From positions 2,464,001-2,528,000 of the forward strand of contig CAWGMQ010000004.1 in the NCBI GenBank assembly GCA_963823665.1: 64,000 nucleotides of DNA, written 5' to 3'. The notes under the pieces were generated by a model. It worked only from the letters and a program-made list of their open reading frames with translations, was not told the origin of the DNA and did not search any database. Positions 57,637 to 64,000 of this stretch are shown here, in pieces. The position numbers and the translations under genes were made by a program. This DNA comes from an uncultured Planctomycetota bacterium (GTDB lineage: Bacteria > Planctomycetota > Planctomycetia > Isosphaerales > Isosphaeraceae). How positions within the stretch are numbered: position 1 is the first letter of the stretch; the number at the start of each line of letters is the position of its first letter.

Positions 57637-58840
57637 ATGCCGGGGCGACATCGCACGGGTCGTAGAGTTGCGGGCATCTTGGTGGTTGCCGTGCTGGTCA
57701 CGGGCGCCGCGATCGCAATCAAATACGTGGTCTCTCATGCGGGACGTTCCGGCGCGGGCGGCGCGAACACGTCGTCTTCAGCCGTCAATGAAAACAGCCC
57801 TCAGGCTGACCTGAACACAGCGCTCACAAACGGCGATGCGCGGGCGATTGCGCTCATCGAAGCGCACGCCACGCCCACGCCCAAAGTACCACAGACGTCC
57901 TATACCGACGGAGAGGCCGAGGAGTGGATCACAACGCTGACTGCGCTGCGGGCCAATTACCGGAAGCTGACCGAAGCTGATCGGGTGAGCGCAATCACGG
58001 CGGCTTGCCGCATTTTCGATCGGTTTGCAGTCGAGCCGGCGCCTGCTCGCTGGGTCGAGGCCCTCAAGCCGCTTCACGACCTGCTGTCTGCCAGCTTGAA
58101 CGAGGCGCATGCCGCAGCCGCGGTACGCAGCCCTGAAGGAGATTAGCCGATTCTGGGTCTGGATACCGGGGCGCTCGCTCACTCCCTTCGAAGAACAGAC
58201 ACTGGCCGAGTGGAAGGGTGGGCTGTACGTACCGGTTGTCCATTGCCTTGCCAGCCGTGACGTCCCCACCCGGATCGCGACGGTCAGTTGCCTGGGTGCG
58301 CTGCCGATTGATAACGCGGCCGACGCTGCCGTGGCGTACATCGATGACCCGATTGCCGACGTCAGACGGCAAACGATCAGCTCATTCGCGCAACGTGGCT
58401 TGATTCTGACCGATGACATGCTGCTCAAGCACCTGCACGACGAAGATGCAGTCGTTCGCGACATGGCCAACCTGGTCTTGAAAACGCGTGGACTCCCTCA
58501 GGAGCTGATCGGGCTGGGCGGCTTGATGTACAGCCCGAGAGCCGATCAGCGCGTCTCGGTGATCACACTTCTGAAGGGCCGGACCGACATCGACGTGGTA
58601 ACCTGGCTGATCCAGCTCTCGAGAGATCCGGTCGAAACGGTGCGGATCAGTGCGCTCGCGGCACTGGCGGCGCACGACACGCCTGTGGTGCAGAAACGCC
58701 TGGCGGAGATGGCACGCAGCGACGCCTCGGAAGCCGTGCGCCAGGCTGCCAGGAAGCTCTCGCCAACAACCGCCGACGAGACGACGGCTGCCTTACCCCC
58801 CCTGCCGGGCTCGGCGAATTTGAATCCGAAGGCGAATTGA
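57637..58840 (+). CDS. HEAT-repeat protein with N-terminal TM; frameshift ~58110
   Basis: DPIADVRR, DEDAVVR, DPVETVR, DASEAVR repeats. Confidence 0.8.
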
Positions 58841-58912
58841 GCAGGTGGTAGTCATTGGAACTCTCCTGTTGATCCGGTGGATGCGCCTCGTCCAAGGCCG
58901 TGGCGACTGGTG

Positions 58913-60229
58913 TCAGCGAGTTGCGGCCACGTGCGCTCTACTTTGGGTGCGGTGGGCGCGGATGCTATCGGGAAACAGCAGCTCCTGATCGAGCGAGCCG
59001 TCTTCCAGGAATGGCATCGGCAGATAGTCGGTCTCGAGGGTCAGATGGGGATGGGCACTTACCTCGTCTGCGAGGGGGGCCGAGACCCAGAGCGATTTGA
59101 GCTCGAGGGTGTTGGGGATCACCACGACGCGCGCCTGCGCCGGGTCAATTCGCCAGCAGGTTTCGAGCGCGGTTTCGATGACCTCGCGGTCTGACGCCAG
59201 CGTGATCGGGATTCGTGCTCGCTCGAGGCAGCATGACGTGATCACGTTGATACGGAATGACTCGGGGTCGAGCTTGGACACGAGGCGCTCGGTCGTCAGG
59301 TCGGCGAAGCCGACGCCGACGATGTTGCCGTGGCTTTCCTCGGAGACATCGAGCACGGCGAGGCGAGTGATCAAGGGGCGGTCGAAGTCGGGCTGGGTCT
59401 CGATCAAAAGGCGGCCGATGACGTTTGGGTCCATCCCCGCGCCGGAATAGTTCTTGCCGAGCTCGCCGACGACCAAGACGTCGATCTGGTCGAACGGCAA
59501 TCGCCCCATCAAGCTTCTGGCCCGGTCGAGCAGCACCGGCTCGGTTTCAAAAATCGTCTCGGGCTCGAGCGCCGCGATCTCGGCGGGCCTATCCTCGGCG
59601 TTCTCGACAATGGCCAGACCGAGCGCAAAGCGGGTGTTCTTGACCAGGAACCGGCCGACGGCCGGCAAGACCTCGCGCAAGCCTCGAACACCGAGCTTAT
59701 GCACCTGGCTGGCACCGTCGCGCTTGCCCAGGCCGATGACCATCATCTTGATCACGCCCGACTCGTGCGTCGAATGAAAGTCGGTGTGGGGCTTAACCCT
59801 GTTCAAGAGCACGATGCCGTCGGCCTGATACGCATTCTTGTCGAAATAGATGGGAAGTCCGACGGGGTTTGTGCCGAGCACGACGGTTTCCATGTCGGTC
59901 TTGACCGGCACTCCCATCGCCGCGGCCGTGACACCGTACCCGGCCAGAAGCTCTCGTTGGCCGGCCGCGGTCGCGCCGCCATGGCTACCCATCGCGGCGA
60001 CGATGAACGGCTGATAGCCCATCTCGCGGAGGGTGTCGACGGTTGTTTTCGCAATGCCGGCAATTCCGTTGACCCCGCGGCTCCCAACGCCAACGGCGAT
60101 CGTGCCGCCCCTCTTGACCCGCTCGGCCAGCTTGCTCGACTGAATCAACCGGCGAACCGTTCCCGGCACGTCTTCAAGCCGGGGTTGTGGAATCGATTGG
60201 CGAACCCGTGCCAGTGGCGGAAGAATCAT
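58913..60229 (-). CDS. Lactate racemase LarA-like (DUF2088/DUF362) protein
   Basis: GSRG, AMGSHGGAT..GQ, NRVKPHTDF, GKNYSGAGMDPNVIGR. Confidence 0.85.
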   Translation of the reverse strand: MILPPLARVRQSIPQPRLEDVPGTVRRLIQSSKLAERVKRGGTIAVGVGSRGVNGIAGIAKTTVDTLREMGYQPFIVAAMGSHGGATAAGQRELLAGYGVTAAAMGVPVKTDMETVVLGTNPVGLPIYFDKNAYQADGIVLLNRVKPHTDFHSTHESGVIKMMVIGLGKRDGASQVHKLGVRGLREVLPAVGRFLVKNTRFALGLAIVENAEDRPAEIAALEPETIFETEPVLLDRARSLMGRLPFDQIDVLVVGELGKNYSGAGMDPNVIGRLLIETQPDFDRPLITRLAVLDVSEESHGNIVGVGFADLTTERLVSKLDPESFRINVITSCCLERARIPITLASDREVIETALETCWRIDPAQARVVVIPNTLELKSLWVSAPLADEVSAHPHLTLETDYLPMPFLEDGSLDQELLFPDSIRAHRTQSRAHVAATR

Positions 60230-60294
60230 GCGAGTCTACCTGCGTTTCCGGATGAGATGGACGCCCGCAAAAGCTTGCCGGAGCGTACCGGGAA

Positions 60295-60765
60295 TCACCA
60301 GCCGTAAACGGATCGCGGCCCGAGGTACGGGGCGTAAACTCCCACCGGCGGTGGCGCGACTCCATTGACCGGCACGCCCGGATTATATCCCAGCCGAAAC
60401 GTTCGATACGAGAATGAAGAGGGTGGATAGTAGTAAGACGCGCCATAGACGTAACCCGGTGCGACGTAGCCCGGCCGCCACAGGCCGACACCGTACCGCC
60501 CCGGCAAGATCCCGTACGGGGGATAATTCGAGCCGTAGGAAGGCCCCGGATAGGCCGAGAAGACGGTGTACGTCTGCGGCATGCCGTAGCTGGCGAAGCC
60601 GTAACTCATCCCGTAATTTCCAGGCGCGCCCAGGTAGTCGCTGACGCGGTAAGACGGCGAGTAGCCATCCCCCACCTGAGCCTTCGCGTCTGGCAGTGCG
60701 ATCCCAAACTGAACGATTCCAACGAAAACCGCCGCGGGCCAGAATCGCTTCGTGATGCAACGCAT
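60295..60765 (-). CDS. Secreted Tyr/Gly/Pro-rich low-complexity protein
   Basis: Signal peptide (AKA-Q), then many YG/GY motifs. Confidence 0.7.
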   Translation of the reverse strand: MRCITKRFWPAAVFVGIVQFGIALPDAKAQVGDGYSPSYRVSDYLGAPGNYGMSYGFASYGMPQTYTVFSAYPGPSYGSNYPPYGILPGRYGVGLWRPGYVAPGYVYGASYYYPPSSFSYRTFRLGYNPGVPVNGVAPPPVGVYAPYLGPRSVYGW

Positions 60766-60788
60766 GGATCTTTTCCTTGTTCTCGGAC

Positions 60789-61263
60789 TCAGTAGCCAAG
60801 CGACATCCCATGGTACATCATACCGCAGTCCATGGTGCCGTACGGCCCTCGGCCGTATCCGCCCCCATAATTTTCGTAGCGCAAGGCCGGCGAGTAAAGT
60901 ATGACACCGCTTGCGCCAGGCCATTCGAGCGAACCGGTGGGAAGCTGGTAGCCGACCTGTGCGGTGCGCGTGGCCGGGCCGGAACGGCTCGGCCTGGCGC
61001 GGGCGGGGCGATGTTACACGCACAGACGACACACGAATTGGAGTTCGGTGAACCAATCCAAAGCGATCGAGCATTACGGTACCAGCCATCGGCGTTTGCA
61101 TCATTTCGAGCCCAAAACCGCCGTAAGGCTCGAAGTGAGCGAGTGATTTACCATAAAGGGATGCATCCGGTCCGTGGGGCGGATCGGTCGTCTGCGCCTC
61201 GATTGGCACGAAGAAGCCGATCGAGAAAACCACGACGAAGCTCAAACCGACCGGGCAAATCAT
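60789..61263 (-). CDS. Secreted hypothetical protein with YG-rich end; frameshifted
   Basis: Signal peptide; C-terminus GGYGRGPYGTMDCGMMYHGMSLGY lies in another frame. Confidence 0.5.
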
Positions 61264-61394
61264 CGGTGTCAACTCCAGGTGAGCGTCTGCAAGTGGCAAT
61301 CCAGTCGAGGAAGTTCCCTCAATTCTAATCCGCGGAATCGGATACGGCTGAGAAAACTGCGGAGGAGCTGCGTCGATCGTTTTTGGATGACCAA

Positions 61395-61445
61395 AATAAA
61401 GTTTTTAATTATTCAGAAAAGCTCTTGGCTAAAACCGAAAGCAGA
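61395..61445 (+). promoter_or_regulatory. AT-rich promoter region with candidate metal-regulator (MntR/DtxR-like) sites
   Basis: Imperfect palindromes TTTTTAATTATTCAGAAAA and TTGGCTAAAACCGAAA upstream of mntH. Confidence 0.3.
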
Positions 61446-61572
61446 GTTATAAGTGGAATGGCAGGAATGCAGTGCGAAGTGTTGGCGACATTTCGATGGA
61501 CGTGGGGGCTGACGGGCATCCGCTCACGGGCAGCTTCCTTATTTGCTCCGCGAAGCGGTTGCATTTGCGAGA

Positions 61573-63606
61573 ATGACGATGGGGTTGGCGGGGGGGATTG
61601 GCGCGGAGCGGCGCTCACTCGAGGAAGTGCACGGGTCGATCGCGATCCCGTCGGATCGCGGGTCCGGGCGCCGATTACGCCGGTTCTTTGCCTTTTTGGG
61701 CCCGGCCTATCTGGTCAGCGTCGGGTACATGGACCCCGGAAACTGGGCGACTGACCTGCAAGGCGGCGCACGGTTCGGCTATGCGCTCATCTGGGTTCTG
61801 CTCATGTCGAACCTGATGGCGATCCTGCTGCAAACGCTGGCGGCCCGACTAGGGGTCGTGACGGGGCACGATCTGGCGCAGGCTTGTCGTGCCGAGTATT
61901 CGAGATGGGTCAACGCCGTACTGTGGGTGCTGGCAGAGGTGGCGATTGCAGCATGCGACCTGGCCGAGATCCTGGGAACGGTGATCGCGCTCAAGCTCCT
62001 GTTTGGCATTCCGCTCTTGTGGGGTTGTCTGCCGACTGCGTTCGACACATTTTTGCTGCTTTATTTGCAGCGCTGGGGAATGCGGCGAGTCGAGGCCGTG
62101 ATCCTGGCGCTGGTTGCGACAATCGGTGTGTGTTTTGCGATCCAGCTCTTTCTGGCCAAGCCCGATGTCGTCGGGGTGTTCTCGGGGCTGCGGCCAAGCC
62201 TGCCACCGGGCTCGTTGTACATCGCGATCGGCATACTTGGCGCTACGGTGATGCCGCACAATTTGTATTTGCACTCGGCGCTGGTGCAGACCCGTCGGAT
62301 CGGGACCGACGCGAAGAGCAAGTCATCGGCGTGCCGGTACTATCTGCTCGACTCGGCCCTGGCTCTCAACGTCGCGTTCTTCGTGAACGCGGCGATCCTG
62401 ATTGTGAGTGCGGCGGTGTTTGGGCGGCGGGAAATGGATGTCGCGAGCATCGAAGAAGCACACAAGCTTCTGCCGACGTTTCTCGGCCAGGCCGCGCCGC
62501 TCTTGTTCGGCGTTGCACTCTTGTGCGCCGGCCAGAGCTCGACGCTCACCGGAACGCTTGCGGGACAGATCGTGATGGAGGGGTATCTGAGCTTGCGGAT
62601 GGCGCCCTGGCTACGCCGCTTGATCACGCGGCTGATTGCCCTGTTGCCAGCGGTCGTGGTGATTGCCCTTGCGGGTGAACACGCGACCCAACGGCTCTTG
62701 ATCTTGAGCCAGGTCATCTTGAGCTTGCAGCTCTCGTTCGCGGTGATTCCGCTCATTCACTTCACGTCAAGTCGGCGGAACATGGGTCAATTTGCGACGC
62801 CATTGTGGGGACAGGTGCTGGCCTGGTGTGCGGCGGCGATCATTGTCGGCCTCAATGGGAAGCTGGTCCTCGACCAGGTTGGCGAATGGGTGGAGGCTCT
62901 GTCATCGAGCAGTAGCCGTATTGGGCCGATTCCGGTGTACTGGCCTGGCGCGGTGGGATTGTACGGGACGGTTGGCGCAGCGTTTCTGCTGCTCGTCTGG
63001 GTGACGATCAAGCCGTTTGTGCGGCCGTCCGCAGCGTGGCTGCCGAAGCCGGCCGTGAAGCTCAACTGGACGCAGTTGCTCCGGCCACGTCGCCTCGCGC
63101 GAATTGGCGTCGCGCTCGAGCACAACGCGAATGACGCGGAGATTCTGAATCGAGCACTGGGGCTAGCGCAGAGCCAGTCGGAGCCGCCGGAGCTTTTGCT
63201 GTTACACGTTGTCGACACGGCGATGACCCGGGTGCTTGGCCCGGAGACAGCGGACCGCGAGTCGGATGCCGACGAGCGATACCTGGCTGACGTCGTCGAC
63301 GCGCTGCGCGATCGCGGCTACCGCGCTCGCCCGGTTCTATTACATGGACCCAACCCCGCGGAAGAGCTGGTGACGCATCTGCGCAACGATCCGGTCGATC
63401 TGCTGGTCGTTGGCTCGCACGGCCATGGCATGGTTCGCGACTTGCTGCTGGGGCAGACGGTCGATCGGGTGCGGCACCGGCTTGAAGTACCGATGCTGAT
63501 CGCGCGGCCGGATCGGGAGGGCTCGGCGGCGGTACAATCGTCGCCTGAACAGGGGCAGGACGCAGTTGCTCCGGCCGGCGACACGAGGACTACAGTGGGC
63601 TCGTGA
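61573..63606 (+). CDS. mntH: Nramp divalent metal transporter with C-terminal USP domain
   Basis: GYMDPGNW, GATVMPHNLYLHS, GQSST.TGT.AGQ; USP motif LLVVGSHGHG. Confidence 0.95.
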   Translation: MTMGLAGGIGAERRSLEEVHGSIAIPSDRGSGRRLRRFFAFLGPAYLVSVGYMDPGNWATDLQGGARFGYALIWVLLMSNLMAILLQTLAARLGVVTGHDLAQACRAEYSRWVNAVLWVLAEVAIAACDLAEILGTVIALKLLFGIPLLWGCLPTAFDTFLLLYLQRWGMRRVEAVILALVATIGVCFAIQLFLAKPDVVGVFSGLRPSLPPGSLYIAIGILGATVMPHNLYLHSALVQTRRIGTDAKSKSSACRYYLLDSALALNVAFFVNAAILIVSAAVFGRREMDVASIEEAHKLLPTFLGQAAPLLFGVALLCAGQSSTLTGTLAGQIVMEGYLSLRMAPWLRRLITRLIALLPAVVVIALAGEHATQRLLILSQVILSLQLSFAVIPLIHFTSSRRNMGQFATPLWGQVLAWCAAAIIVGLNGKLVLDQVGEWVEALSSSSSRIGPIPVYWPGAVGLYGTVGAAFLLLVWVTIKPFVRPSAAWLPKPAVKLNWTQLLRPRRLARIGVALEHNANDAEILNRALGLAQSQSEPPELLLLHVVDTAMTRVLGPETADRESDADERYLADVVDALRDRGYRARPVLLHGPNPAEELVTHLRNDPVDLLVVGSHGHGMVRDLLLGQTVDRVRHRLEVPMLIARPDREGSAAVQSSPEQGQDAVAPAGDTRTTVGS

Positions 63607-63631
63607 CGGTTTCGCAGAATTTCCACGGGCT

Positions 63632-64000
63632 TCAACAAGGGCCGCCGAACACGAAGAGCCGGTCGTCGACCAGATCAGCCAGGCGAGGAGCCGCCGCGTC
63701 CTTGGGGGAGAGGCGGACGTCCTTGCGGGGCCAGTCGATGCCGATCGACGGGTCGTTCCAGACGATGCATCCCTCGGACTTCGGGTCATAGAGCGCGGTG
63801 CACTTGTAGTGGAAGACCGCGCACTGACCGGTGACCAGGAACCCGTGGGCGAAGCCCTTCGGGAATATAGAGCTGGCGTCCGTTCTCGAACGAGAGGGTC
63901 ATCCCGATCCATTTACCGAACGTCGGCGATCCCTTGCGGATATCCACCACCACGTCGAATACTTCACCGCGGAGGACGCTTGCGAGCTTCCCCTGGGCGC
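63632..64000 (-). CDS. rfbC: dTDP-4-dehydrorhamnose 3,5-epimerase, 3' part; frameshift ~63860
   Basis: QGKL..VLRGEVFDVVVDIRKGSPTFGKW...GFAHGF...YKCT..Y....EG.I.WNDP.IGIDWP...LSPKD. Confidence 0.92.

Noticed and set aside
60295..61299. Single 334-aa protein
   Set aside because: Better explained as two signal-peptide genes joined by a frameshift.

Overview
GC-rich bacterial chromosomal DNA, most likely a planctomycete (Isosphaeraceae-like), inferred from LEPR-XLL, TIGR03067, DUF4058/Uma2, ECF-kinase and PEP-CTERM proteins. Many genes are broken by single-base frameshifts, often in homopolymers, which suggests noisy long-read consensus. Main content: (1) 3.2-11.6 kb, an apparently complete, largely membrane-anchored eukaryote-like ubiquitination operon (Ubl ending in GG fused to a Zn-ribbon/TM domain, E1, JAB/MPN peptidase, FHA membrane protein, two RING proteins of which one is fused to a trypsin-like protease, and an HPN-type E2); (2) zwf/opcA; (3) a ~25 kb accessory region (19.0-43.7 kb) cut into three cargo blocks by four copies of a bipartite repeat built on the tmRNA T-arm/3' end (paired GCGGG-N7-CCCGC sites). 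The cargoes are a giant DUF11 surface protein, an ECF sigma/Ser-Thr kinase/PEP-CTERM module, and a type III-B Cmr1-6 operon with Card1/Can2-like CARF nuclease and Csx3 but no cas6, cas1/2 or canonical array, plus decayed toxin-antitoxin genes; (4) 43.8-64 kb, mostly core-type genes (nikR, oxidoreductases, cyclase-STAND-TPR, tRNA-Leu, tatA-like genes, LarA-like, mntH, rfbC). All family calls come from motif recognition by eye, without database searches.
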